Both the position numbers and the translations under genes were made by a program. Positions 1 through 9,700 of a stretch of DNA of 21,826 bases are shown here, in pieces. Origin of the DNA: Verrucomicrobiales bacterium (GTDB lineage Bacteria > Verrucomicrobiota > Verrucomicrobiia > Verrucomicrobiales > V1-33). Under the pieces are notes generated by a model. The model was given only the letters and a program-made list of their open reading frames with translations, ran no database searches and had not been told where the DNA came from. The stretch covers positions 1 to 21,826 of the forward strand of contig JANOAV010000076.1 of NCBI GenBank assembly GCA_031411295.1, written 5' to 3'. Within the stretch, counting starts at the first letter, position 1. Each line of letters begins with the position of its first letter.

Positions 1-2
1 CC

Positions 3-1388
3 CAGACTCGTCGTGATTTCCTCGCCAAGGCTGGCGGGGGATTTGGCGCATTGGCGTTGGCTGGATTGATGGGGTTGGATAAATCCTACGGGGCCACCGA
101 AGCGTCTCGGCCCAGTGGGCATGTGCGGCCTCGGGCCAAGAGTGTGATTTTCCTTTTTATGGAGGGCGGTCCGAGTCACTTGGATACCTTCGATCCGAAA
201 CCTGAATTGAATAAATTGGCCGGGCAGCAAATTCCGGCTAGTTTCAAGAAAGTCATCACTGCAATGGGGGAATTTAAGTCGCCCTTGCTGGGATCCAAGC
301 GCACGTGGAAACAGCATGGCCAGAGCGGGCTGTGGGTCTCGGACTGGCTTCCGCACTTGGCGGAATGTGTGGATGATATGGCCGTGATCCGATCCTGCTG
401 GGCGGATGGGATCAATCATTCGTCCGGCGTTTGTCAGATGAATACTGGAAGTATCCTTGGTGGGAGACCGTCGTTAGGGAGTTGGGTGAGCTACGGCTTG
501 GGCACGGAAAACCAAGACCTGCCGGGATTCATGGTCATGCAGGATAATCCCACGCCAGTGATCAATGGTCCACGTAATTGGAGTGCGGGTTTCATGCCCG
601 CCGTGTATCAAGGAATCCGCATCACGCCGGGCAGCGAGCCGATCCCTAACTTGAACCCGCCGGAGGAAGTCACGGCTGCGCAACAGCAGGGGAAACTGAA
701 TTTCCTGGATAAATTGAACCGACGATTCGCAGAGCAGCATCCGGAACAAACGGAACTCGAAGCCCGCATCGCCAGTTATGAACTCGCCTTCAAAATGCAA
801 TCCAGCGCGCCAGAAGCCGTTGACCTAACCAAGGAAACCGATGCCACCAAGGCGCTCTACGGCATGGATGACAAGGATACGGAAACGTTCGGACGTATGT
901 GCCTACTGGCGCGTCGAGCCGTCGAGCGGGGCGTGCGCTTCGTGCAACTTTACTCGGGCGCAGGCAGCAAATGGGATGCGCATGCGGGCATCGAGAAGAA
1001 TCACGCCGGCCTCCTGCGAGCCACGGACAAGCCAATTGCAGGCCTGCTGAAGGATCTGAAATCCCGCGGATTGCTGGAGGAAACGCTGGTGGTCTGGGGT
1101 GGGGAATTCGGCAGAACGCCGCAGAGCGAAAAGGGCGACGGTCGCGATCACAACCCCTGGGGCTTCACCATGTGGATGGCCGGCGGCGGCGTGCGCGGAG
1201 GCCAAGCCATCGGCACCACCGATGACCTGGGGCTGCACGCAGAAGAAAATAGACTCCACGTGCACGATCTCCACGCCACCATTCTCTGGCTCATGGGTCT
1301 GGATAACATGGGCTTGGTTTACAAATACAAAGGCCGTCCCGAGCGCCCAACCCTCAACGAAGGCGAACCGTTCCGGGGGATTGTGTAG
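3..1388 (+). CDS. DUF1501 family protein (sulfatase-like fold, PVC-typical), Tat-exported; 5'-partial
   Basis: The frame is open from base 3 (QTRRDFLAKAGGGFGALAL, a twin-arginine signal), so the true start lies upstream of the window. DUF1501 motifs present: AKSVIFLFMEGGPSHLDTFDPKP, CLLARRAVERGVRFVQL, WDAH, GEFGRTP, GRDHNP, HVHDLHATIL. Confidence 0.9.
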   Translation, partial: QTRRDFLAKAGGGFGALALAGLMGLDKSYGATEASRPSGHVRPRAKSVIFLFMEGGPSHLDTFDPKPELNKLAGQQIPASFKKVITAMGEFKSPLLGSKRTWKQHGQSGLWVSDWLPHLAECVDDMAVIRSCWADGINHSSGVCQMNTGSILGGRPSLGSWVSYGLGTENQDLPGFMVMQDNPTPVINGPRNWSAGFMPAVYQGIRITPGSEPIPNLNPPEEVTAAQQQGKLNFLDKLNRRFAEQHPEQTELEARIASYELAFKMQSSAPEAVDLTKETDATKALYGMDDKDTETFGRMCLLARRAVERGVRFVQLYSGAGSKWDAHAGIEKNHAGLLRATDKPIAGLLKDLKSRGLLEETLVVWGGEFGRTPQSEKGDGRDHNPWGFTMWMAGGGVRGGQAIGTTDDLGLHAEENRLHVHDLHATILWLMGLDNMGLVYKYKGRPERPTLNEGEPFRGIV

Positions 1389-1465
1389 CCGTGGCTGAGC
1401 AGGCAGTGCAAGCCGCCCGAGCGCCCTCGCTGCGCAGGGGATGATATGCTCAAGCGGGCCGATTC

Positions 1466-1553
1466 ATTATTCTGTAACCATTATTTTGTTTCCCCTCTTT
1501 GGATAGAAATCCAGGATGAGGTGGAGAGAACAGAATAATGGTAACAAAATAAT
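1466..1553. repeat. Inverted repeat built from tandem 14-bp units, between convergent genes (possible bidirectional terminator)
   Basis: attattctgtaaccattattttgtt (1466-1490) matches the reverse complement of 1529-1553 at 22/25. Each arm is about two copies of a 14-bp unit (cattattYtgtWWc). Confidence 0.75.
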
Positions 1554-1632
1554 CTTGTTGGAATGATTGGTAGGAGGCTCGGTCTGAGAGTTGAAACCAG
1601 ATTTGCCACGCAGGGTGGTATTTCCTTTCGCT

Positions 1633-2139
1633 TCAAGCTTTGTCCAGCGCGATTACCTCAATGACCTCTGAACGCTGGTCATCCAAAATGCGCTCAATGG
1701 TAATAGCCGTGGCCTCCAGCAAAGCGGGGAAGTTATCGGCTGCGGCCTGCACGGCTTCAGTGACACCAGGCCCCAACGGTGGTCTGGCCACGGTGATATG
1801 TGGTCGATACTCTCTTCCCGATGAATTGAGGGTGGCCAGCGCTCCCGTGTGGAGCGCGTTCCTCAGTGCTAGCAACTCTGGCGGAATCGGGTCCGCTGGC
1901 AGCCAGAAATGGTTATCGGCAGATTTTTCGGGCGGTCCCACGGTAAATTTGATTGTTCTACTAACTTTCAATTGCTCCCGGCAATGTCGGATCAACTCCT
2001 GATCTGACAGTTGTAAATCAAAAGGAAACACCAGCGTGACATGGGCTGGAATGAATGGAGCCAGCACATCGAATCTGCGCCTGAGTGCTTCGATCCATGG
2101 CTGAGCGCTGGTGTCAGGGATGATGTGGATGGCTCTCAT
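1633..2139 (-). CDS. 2H phosphoesterase (2'-5' RNA ligase/LigT-like family)
   Basis: Two HxT motifs (PAHVTLVFPF, YRPHITVAR). Start placed at ATG 2139 (MRAIHIIP), which avoids overlap with the upstream gene. Confidence 0.85.
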   Translation of the reverse strand: MRAIHIIPDTSAQPWIEALRRRFDVLAPFIPAHVTLVFPFDLQLSDQELIRHCREQLKVSRTIKFTVGPPEKSADNHFWLPADPIPPELLALRNALHTGALATLNSSGREYRPHITVARPPLGPGVTEAVQAAADNFPALLEATAITIERILDDQRSEVIEVIALDKA

Positions 2140-2152
2140 TGGTGTTGCGTTG

Positions 2153-3079
2153 TTACTGCGAGTCGGTTGCCCAAGTGACCTCACCTTTCGCGTTAGTCTG
2201 GCTGCGCTCTAAGGTGAATTTGATAGGTGATGCAGTGAATACGGCTGCATAAATTTCCCTACCGAGATCGCTGCCACCATCGCCAAGGTAAATGACCAAT
2301 CCTTTGTTCTCCTCGATCGTTTTCTCCCCAACCCGGTAATAGCTTAACCCACCACTGCGACCACTATCACGCAGGTAAACCCAGATTCTGGCGTAACGCA
2401 CTTCATTGGGACCGCGTCGATTCCGATCCTGGTCTGGCTCCAGGGATATTGCCTTGGGGTGGGCTGTGATGGTTCCTACCTGATTAAATTTCCCTTCCCG
2501 ACTCAGGTAAACCGTCCAAGAACCACCCATCTTCCCAAAAGTCTCCACAGCTGCGGAGAGAATCAGGTCGTTTGCCGCGTCGCCATCCAAGTCTGCGATA
2601 ATACGGTAGCGTTCAGAATAAACATTGCTTCCCGCTTCCTCGCGCTCGCGGATAGGCGTGGTCGATGGATCCTGCGCTAAGGATTGGGTGAGGGGAGCGG
2701 TCGTTTCCTTGACTCCGGTTTTCACTTGCAGCCCAAGGTCCAGCAACTGCTTTGCTTGATCGAGCAGGGATGGTTGATTGGACTTTGGTCGCTCGTGCAA
2801 TTTGATAGTCAGAGGGAAGTCGAACGTGCCTGTGTTCAGGATTTCAAAATATTCTTTCCCGTCCTTGTTCGCCTTAAGATGGATGTGTCCCCATCCGGCT
2901 TTGTGATGAGTCTGGTCGAGAGGGACATAAATGATCCCATTGCGATTACCCCAAATGTCCTGGGATTGAGGAGAATTCCATCCACCACCCGATCCCTCTG
3001 GAAAGAAGATCACAGATGGATTCTGAGCTGGTGATCCGTCTGGCATGAGCACTAGGATTCGGTGTTCATAGAGTTGCAT
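2153..3079 (-). CDS. Hypothetical protein, probably once membrane-anchored (in-frame upstream ATG 3157 is cut off by TAA 3140-3142)
   Basis: 308-aa ORF. The upstream in-frame sequence reads MRLSQ*FNWSLGVSAVISVAIGGWHL-MQLYE, and ATG 3157 overlaps the previous gene's TGA (ATGA coupling). Contains a DLDGD loop. Confidence 0.6.
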   Translation of the reverse strand: MQLYEHRILVLMPDGSPAQNPSVIFFPEGSGGGWNSPQSQDIWGNRNGIIYVPLDQTHHKAGWGHIHLKANKDGKEYFEILNTGTFDFPLTIKLHERPKSNQPSLLDQAKQLLDLGLQVKTGVKETTAPLTQSLAQDPSTTPIREREEAGSNVYSERYRIIADLDGDAANDLILSAAVETFGKMGGSWTVYLSREGKFNQVGTITAHPKAISLEPDQDRNRRGPNEVRYARIWVYLRDSGRSGGLSYYRVGEKTIEENKGLVIYLGDGGSDLGREIYAAVFTASPIKFTLERSQTNAKGEVTWATDSQ

Positions 3080-3153
3080 TAAATGCCATCCGCCGATGGC
3101 GACGGAAATGACCGCACTTACTCCAAGACTCCAGTTGAATTATTGTGATAATC

Positions 3154-3417
3154 TCATGCTTCCGCTCTTATTGCGTCGTCGGCTTCTTCTTTGGCCTTTT
3201 CCAAAAGGTCAAGTCGATCGGACAATGATTTGATGGCAGAACTGCTAGTGGTTGCTATTCGAAATAGGCCCAAGAACGCCAGTCCTGCTGGAATGGCCGC
3301 ATCGCTGGATTTGTAGGCACTAATGAATATGCAGGCCATGGCCAAGCTGAACCATCCACTTAATTGCAACGCGATCCAAGGTTTCCTGTCTGAATAGTTG
3401 CTCGATTTTGATGTCAT
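3154..3417 (-). CDS. Small hypothetical membrane protein
   Basis: 87 aa with two hydrophobic segments and a charged helical C-terminus. Its stop overlaps the next in-frame ATG. Confidence 0.6.
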   Translation of the reverse strand: MTSKSSNYSDRKPWIALQLSGWFSLAMACIFISAYKSSDAAIPAGLAFLGLFRIATTSSSAIKSLSDRLDLLEKAKEEADDAIRAEA

Positions 3418-3494
3418 AGCTGTTTTGAGTTGTAAATGGTCGTTGATCGAACTGCCTTTGTTTCCTCTACAATTGTAAATGATGTGAGGCGGAA

Positions 3495-4013
3495 TTACAG
3501 CTTAATCTTCAGCCCCATCTCATCCTTCATCGTCAGCAGGGCTTCTGCATTCCCGACGGCGTCGTCCACCGGGTGGTGCGTGTGACGGGTTTTGCGGAGG
3601 TGTTTGAAGGTTTGGAAGGTGTCTTTGACCATGCCCTTGTAAAGGCTGCCGAGATTGGTGGAGGAGAATCCGAATGGGTTCTTGCCAGTGAAATGGTGGA
3701 AATACCAGTTAATGAATCCCCAGTCGAAGCCGTTGTTGTCTGCGATAAACAGGAGCCGATCTTTCGAGATCTCTCGGAGCCAATCGGCAAACTGGGTCAT
3801 GACAGTCGTGGGATCGTCGAACTCCATCGTCTGTTCCCGGGTGAAGCCACTAACCGCCAGCGCTTCGGGGATAAATTTCTCCGAGATCGGGCGCAGTCGG
3901 CCATAGAACGTGCGGTTGAGGCCCGGTTCCACGACCACTGCTCCGAAGCAAATCATGGAGTAATCGCCCGGAATCGGGCCATCGGATTCAATATCGACCA
4001 TGATGTAGCTCAT
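3495..4013 (-). CDS. DEDDh 3'-5' exonuclease (RNase T/DnaQ superfamily, Rv2179c/RNase AS-like)
   Basis: ExoI VDIESDG, ExoII NNGFDW, ExoIII HHPVDDA. Start placed at ATG 4013 (MSYIMVDIE). Confidence 0.85.
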   Translation of the reverse strand: MSYIMVDIESDGPIPGDYSMICFGAVVVEPGLNRTFYGRLRPISEKFIPEALAVSGFTREQTMEFDDPTTVMTQFADWLREISKDRLLFIADNNGFDWGFINWYFHHFTGKNPFGFSSTNLGSLYKGMVKDTFQTFKHLRKTRHTHHPVDDAVGNAEALLTMKDEMGLKIKL

Positions 4014-4084
4014 GCTTTTTGGGAGAGTAGGAGATTGGAAAAGTGAGAGAGTGGGGATGCTAGTCGGAGATCTGGGGCTTCGAA

Positions 4085-4181
4085 AAATCGTAAATCGTAG
4101 TTCGTCATTCGTTCCTCGTAAATCCATCACAGGTAAGGCGCTGGGTGGACTGATTTACGATTGACGATTTACGATCTACGA
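4085..4181. repeat. Heptamer tandem repeats in inverted arrangement
   Basis: aaatcgt aaatcgt agttcgt cattcgt tcctcgt aaatc (4085-4124), then gattt acgattg acgattt acgatct acga (4152-4181). The right arm overlaps the doc stop codon. Confidence 0.75.
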
Positions 4182-4571
4182 AAACTCATCCTTCACGCTC
4201 CATTTCTGCAACCATGCGGCATAATCGTCTTCGCCAATGGCTCCGGCCGCCAAGGCCAGGGTGAACTCCACGGCGGATTCCTCGGATGCTTGAAGGGTGT
4301 AGCCGTTGCATTCCAAGAATAATGCTGCGGACATCAGGGCGGAGCGTTTGTTTCCATCCAAGAAGGGATGGTTTTTAGCGATGCCGAAGGCATACGCGGC
4401 GGCCATGGCAAATAGATTGGGCTTGCCATATCGGAAGAGTTGTTGAGGGCGGTTCAAGGCGGATTCCAGTAATCCTTGGTCGCGAATCCCAGCCAAGCCG
4501 CCAAAGCGTGCAAGCAACCCGTCATGGAATGCCAAACAATCTTCTAAATCGATCCAGATTGGTTCACTCAT
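4176..4571 (-). CDS. doc: Death-on-curing (Doc/Fic family) toxin
   Basis: GIRDQGLLESALNRP N-terminal motif and Doc-type Fic motif HPFLDGNKRS (K in place of the Fic G). ATGA overlap with the upstream antitoxin. Confidence 0.93.
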   Translation of the reverse strand: MSEPIWIDLEDCLAFHDGLLARFGGLAGIRDQGLLESALNRPQQLFRYGKPNLFAMAAAYAFGIAKNHPFLDGNKRSALMSAALFLECNGYTLQASEESAVEFTLALAAGAIGEDDYAAWLQKWSVKDEFS

Positions 4572-4798
4572 TTGGCGAGTTCCCTAAATGCGTTTCGATA
4601 ACGATTCATAATGCCATCTGCGAGTTTAGCCTTCTCGGCAAAGCCGACACGCTCCGCCGTCACGCGCAGTGCGCCTTCAGTGCTGGCGGTTAAATAGAGC
4701 GTGGCTCCTTCTTCAACGTGCAGCTGGTTCAGGGCGTCTTTGGGGAGCACGATGCCGAGGGAGTTGCCTATTTTGCGGACTTTGGTTTCGATAATCAT
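4568..4798 (-). CDS. AbrB/MazE/SpoVT-family antitoxin
   Basis: KVRKIGNSLGIVLPK AbrB motif and C-terminal IMNRYRNAFRELAK typical of Doc partners. Lies directly upstream of doc. Confidence 0.92.
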   Translation of the reverse strand: MIIETKVRKIGNSLGIVLPKDALNQLHVEEGATLYLTASTEGALRVTAERVGFAEKAKLADGIMNRYRNAFRELAK

Positions 4799-4804
4799 GT
4801 GGGA

Positions 4805-4832
4805 ACATCCGTTACAACACGGCTGATGTCAA
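4805..4832 (-). promoter_or_regulatory. Putative sigma70 promoter/operator of the AbrB-Doc operon (leaderless geometry)
   Basis: TTGACA-16 nt-GGATGT-6 nt-ATG on the minus strand; the -10 is poor. An imperfect inverted repeat ACATCCGT...ACGG-CT-GATGT overlaps it. Confidence 0.4.
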
Positions 4833-4901
4833 AGCAAGTTTGGAGCGTTATTTTTGGGTTGCCTGCACGAATGTTTAGAGATCCCGCGTATGATCCCTAC
4901 C

Positions 4902-5401
4902 ATGAATGCTTCTAGATTTCCCACTTACGTTTTCGTCCTGTTCACCACCTTGCTCGGCCTCGGGGCCGTTTCAGCGGGCGGTTTGTTTGAAAACCCCATT
5001 GAGCATTTCTCGGAAGCGCTGGCCCCGGTCCTTTCTGCGAGTGAAAAGGCAAGGTGGAAACGACTTTGCGCGGTTTCTAACTCCGCGCGGACATCTTCCC
5101 GGGCATGGAGAACGAAACAGAGCCGTCTGAAAATGGCATTTACTTAAATGTGGCCGTGCGGGATGCAGAGGAAATCCCTGCCTTTACTGATGTAACTGTC
5201 ACAAAAGACGATCTCTCCACCCGGACTGTGGAATTCACTGCTCCCAAGAGGAGCACGCAGGGGCTCCGCATTCACTTCGTCTACGGCAAGGATGCACCAG
5301 AGGAGTCGTTAGCTGCCATCAGGGCTTCCATTGCCAAGCTGATCAAGGCAAGCAAACAAGGTCCTGCGGAGAAATCGGCTAGGCCTCGCAAAGGAAAATG
5401 A
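4902..5401 (+). pseudogene. Disrupted secreted hypothetical protein
   Basis: Signal-peptide-like N-terminus (MNASRFPTYVFVLFTTLLGLGAVSA). An apparent 1-nt loss near 5051 shifts the frame to KVETTLRGF*LRADIFPGMENETEP (TAA 5078-5080), which joins the 5105-5401 ORF. TATGAT lies 7 nt upstream of the ATG. Confidence 0.55.
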
Positions 5402-5472
5402 CCTTGCTTTTTTGGGGTAGTTCCGTTCCGCACGGGACATTGAAGCACGGTTGCATAGGGTCGGGCATGGAG

Positions 5473-6057
5473 CTAGTCATGGAATTCCGTAATGCAAATT
5501 GCTTCGGTAGCGCTTGGGTTCGTTAGCATAAGATAACTGTAACCAGACGGTGGATCGTTAGGGTCCGGGAGGTTTTCATAATAGAACCATCGCCAATCCG
5601 GCAGGGTAGACTGAGAAACGCCCCGCCCTTCCATTCGTTCCAGTAAATCCTCGGTCGGGATGACGCTGCTCAACTGTTTGGCGGCAAGCAGGGTCGCAAT
5701 TTCGCTTGGGGTTGTTTTCAAGTGAAAGAGGTCATTATGGTTCCAACGAGAGGTTGAGCGCAAGCGCACGTGTATCACCGTGGCTCTCGTCGGAAAAGGC
5801 GTGCCCCAGTCCGCAGCAAAACGCCGTTCGATTCTCCTTGGCCAAAGCAGCGTGTGCAGCAACATGCTCGCAACGAGAAGTGGGGTGCCCAGGCAAATAA
5901 ATTGGTTTGCCAAGGGCTTCCTTCGTAAGATGAAGGCTATCAGAGTTGCCAAGACCGCAAGAATCGGCAGCCATAGCAGGAACAGAAAGCTTCCGTCAAA
6001 AATGGCACTTTGCCACGAGGGGATCTGCCAATTTCCGAATTCATCCCGTTCTTCCAA
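5473..6057 (-). CDS. Hypothetical membrane protein, probably 5'-disrupted
   Basis: 194-aa ORF with a TTG start and two hydrophobic helices. The in-frame upstream sequence encodes a further TM-like segment (HWGLGIWGWLLISWFVFCGGIPL) separated by TGA 6064-6066. Confidence 0.55.
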   Translation of the reverse strand: MEERDEFGNWQIPSWQSAIFDGSFLFLLWLPILAVLATLIAFILRRKPLANQFICLGTPLLVASMLLHTLLWPRRIERRFAADWGTPFPTRATVIHVRLRSTSRWNHNDLFHLKTTPSEIATLLAAKQLSSVIPTEDLLERMEGRGVSQSTLPDWRWFYYENLPDPNDPPSGYSYLMLTNPSATEAICITEFHD

Positions 6058-6199
6058 AGCGTTTCATAGGGGGATGCCACCACAGAAAACGAACCAAGAA
6101 ATTAAAAGCCAGCCCCAAATGCCCAGCCCCCAGTGTTTAAACTCTGAGAAGGGAGCTTTGCGGGAGTTCGGTCGGTTTGCAGGCTCTGTGCTGATTGCT

Positions 6200-6463
6200 T
6201 CAGCGGTTTAGGGAATTAATGTGATCGGCCAAGGTTATGCTAGCTGACCAACCCACCAAGTGTTCTGCACCTTCGATGAAATCATCGCCACCATCCCTAA
6301 CGGTTTCATAGGTGTTCGGGGATGATTTCAATATTCCAAATTGACGAGCGAGAGCAGCAACCGATTTGGTCTGCCCTTCAATAGCATTTTGCCGTGGTTC
6401 TCCAGCGCCTTTGTCGTCGTTTTGACAAAGGTCGCGTAATCGGTCGCTGAAGGCTTTAAGCAT
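6200..6463 (-). pseudogene. Short ORF, possibly an N-terminal fragment of a polyvalent-protein-type kinase
   Basis: 87 aa containing FIEGAEHLV near its C-terminus, resembling the G-x-E-H-x-V N-lobe motif I associate with Kinase-PolyVal proteins. No catalytic motifs follow. Confidence 0.3.
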
Positions 6464-6704
6464 ATGGGCTTTTTAACGCGAGGAACTGCTACAGGTGGCT
6501 TTTTCACTCTGAAAGTCTAGATCACGGAGTCAGAAAATCAAGGCTGGCTAGAATTATTTTGGTCTATCTCCATTTGATGCCCTCGTGACCTCGTCCTCCA
6601 CGGTGAATATCCTCAAATCCCATCAATTTTCCGATTCCTTATTGCAAAATTTCAGGTCCCGCCGTCATTCCGCCACTCGAAGTTCATCGAAACCATTTCC
6701 TACC

Positions 6705-9700
6705 ATGCCTGTCAAGAAATCTGCCGCGTCCACTGCCACCGTTAACGGGATTCGCCCCATCAAGAAATTGATGGTCGCGAATCGCTCGGAAATTGCTATC
6801 CGCGTCATGCGGGCGGCCACGGAATTGGGCATCCGCACGGTGGCGATTTATGCCAACGAGGATCGCTTCTGTCCGCACCGTTTCAAGGCGGACGAGGCCT
6901 ACCAGCTCAATCCCGAGAAGGGCCCGCTGGGCGCTTATCTGGACATTGAAGGCATCGTGACGCTGGCGAAGGAAAAGGGCGTGGATGCGATTCACCCGGG
7001 CTACGGATTCCTTTCGGAGAATCCTCAGTTTGCCGCCGCCTGTGAGCGCGAGGGCATCATTTTCATTGGGCCAACGCCGACAGTGTTAGATTCCATGGGC
7101 GACAAGACGGCCGCGCGGGCGGTGGCGGAGAAATTGAAGGTCCCCACGCTGCAAGGCACGCCGGAAGCGCTGGAAGATCCCGTGGAAGCGATGGTGGCTG
7201 CGAAGAAAATTGGTTTCCCGCTGATCATCAAGGCTGCCTTCGGCGGCGGCGGTCGGGGGATGCGTGTGGTGCAGAAAGAGGAAGATTTGGCGCAACTGAT
7301 GGAAGATGCCACCACGGAGGCGAAACGCGCCTTCGGCAATGGTGCGGTGTTTCTGGAGCGCTTTGTGGGCAAGGCGAAGCACATTGAAGTGCAGATCCTG
7401 GCCGATAAACACGGTCATGTGCTGCACCTGCATGAGCGCGATTGCTCGGTGCAGCGGCGGCACCAAAAGGTGATCGAACAAGCGCCTAGCTTCGGCATTG
7501 ATCAGAAAATCATCGATGACCTCTGCGCCTCAGCGGTGGAAATCGCGAAAGCCGTAAACTACACGCACGCTGGCACCGTGGAGTATTTGGTGGATGTGGA
7601 GCGTGGCGACTGGTTCTTCATTGAAATGAACCCACGGATTCAGGTGGAGCACACCGTGACGGAAGAAGTCACCGGCATCGACATCGTGCGGTCGCAAATT
7701 TTAATCGCTCAGGGATACCAGCTCCATGAAGAGCCACTGGGGCTGCCTGCGCAGGATAAGATCGAGAAGAGTGGCTTTGCAATCCAGTGTCGAGTGACCA
7801 CCGAAGACCCGGCCAATAATTTCACGCCAGACTTCGGGAAGATCCTGACGTATCGCAGTGCGGGTGGTTTCGGGGTGCGTTTGGATGGCGCTTTGGGAAC
7901 GCAAAATGCGGTCATTACGCCGTATTATGATTCCATGCTAGTGAAGGTCACGACGTTTGGTCGGACTTATGAGCAGTCGCTGAATCGGATGGATCGTGCC
8001 CTGCGCGAATTCCGGATTCGGGGCGTGAAGACGAACATTCCTTTCCTGGAAAACGTCATTGCCAATCCCATCTTTCGCGCTGGTGAAGCCACCACGCGCT
8101 TCATTGATACCAACCCACAGCTTTTCCAATTTGAAAATCGCAAAGACCGTGCCACCAAGCTCCTGAGCTATCTGGCTGAGGTGACGGTAAATGGGAATCC
8201 TAACGCCAAAGGCTACAAGCCGGAGAAGGCGCTGCTGCCGGCCCCCCGCGTCGCTTGGGATCACAAGGCGGTGCCCGCCAGAGGCACGAAGCAATTGCTG
8301 GACGAACTGGGACCAGAGAAATTTGCCGAATGGGTGGGCAAGGAAAAGCGCTTGTTGCTAACGGATACGACGTTCCGTGATGCTCACCAAAGTCTGCTAG
8401 CCACGCGCGTCCGCAGTTACGATATGCTGGCGGTGGCGGATGCGGTTTCGCGTCGTGCCTCGCAGCTGTTCTCGTTGGAAATGTGGGGCGGTGCCACGTT
8501 CGATACGACGATGCGTTTCCTGCGGGAATGCCCGTGGGAGCGGTTGCGGCAGCTTCGCGAGCGGGTGCCGAACATTTGTTTCCAGATGCTCTTCCGGGGC
8601 AGCAATGCGGTGGGTTATACCAACTATCCTGACAATGTGGTGCGTGGTTTCATCAAGCACTCCGCCCAGAACGGGATGGATATTTTCCGGATTTTCGACA
8701 GTCTGAACTACCTGCCGAACCTGACCGAAGCCATGGCTGCGGTGCGTGAGGAAACGAAGTCCATCTGCGAAGGCACTATCTGCTACACAGGCGATATTCT
8801 CGATCCGAAGCGCGACAAATACTCGCTGAAATATTACGTCACCCTGGCCAAGGAATTGAAGAAAATGGGGGCGCACATGCTCTGCATCAAGGACATGGCC
8901 GGGCTGTGTCGCCCATTTGCCGCCAAGAAGCTAGTGGAAACACTGAAAAAGGAAGTCGGTCTGCCAATTCATTTCCACACGCATGATACCAGCGGCATCA
9001 ATGCCAGCAGCATTCTGTCCGCCTCGGAGGCTGGCGTGGACATTTGTGATGCCGCCATTTCCAGTATGAGCGGATGCACCAGCCAGCCGAATCTGAACAG
9101 CATTGTGGCTGCGCTGCAGCACACGGAGCGGGACACCGGACTGGACAGCGATGCGTTGCAGGAATTTAGCGATTACTGGGCGCATGTGCGTTCGTTCTAT
9201 AAGCCATTCGATACCGCCGAGCCTTATGGCACAGCGGAAGTTTACCTGCACGAAATGCCCGGCGGTCAATACACCAACCTCAAGGAGCAGGCGGAAAGCA
9301 TGGGCATCGGGCATCGCTGGCCGGAAATCGCGCGGATGTATGCTGAGGTTAATTTGCTCTTCGGAGACATTGTGAAAGTAACGCCCTCCAGCAAAGTGGT
9401 GGGGGATATGTGTATGTTCATGATCACCCGCGGCGTGAAGCCGGGCGATGCCCGCAGTTATCTGGACAGCATTCCCGCAGGCACCAGCTTCCCTGAAAGC
9501 GTGATCGACATGCTCCAAGGCGGGCTCGGCCAGCCCATGGGCGGATGGCCTGCGGATGTCCAGAAGATCATCTTGGGCAAACGCGAGCCTTACACGAATC
9601 GCCCGGGCGAACGCGCGGAGAAAGTGGATCTGGAAGTGACCCGCACCGCTGTGGCGAAATCGCTTGGCGTGAAGGAAGCCACGGACGACGATCTTTACAG

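Noticed and set aside
3430..3481. 9-bp direct repeat ttgtaaatg
   Set aside because: Only two copies in AT-rich DNA; could be chance.
3140..6066. Stop-codon reassignment as the cause of the in-frame stops
   Set aside because: Both TAA and TGA are involved, and all three stop codons terminate normal genes in the window.
1633..6463. Integron cassette array (run of small, mostly co-oriented genes)
   Set aside because: No attC-like RYYYAAC...GTTRRRY dyads seen in the spacers, and no integrase.
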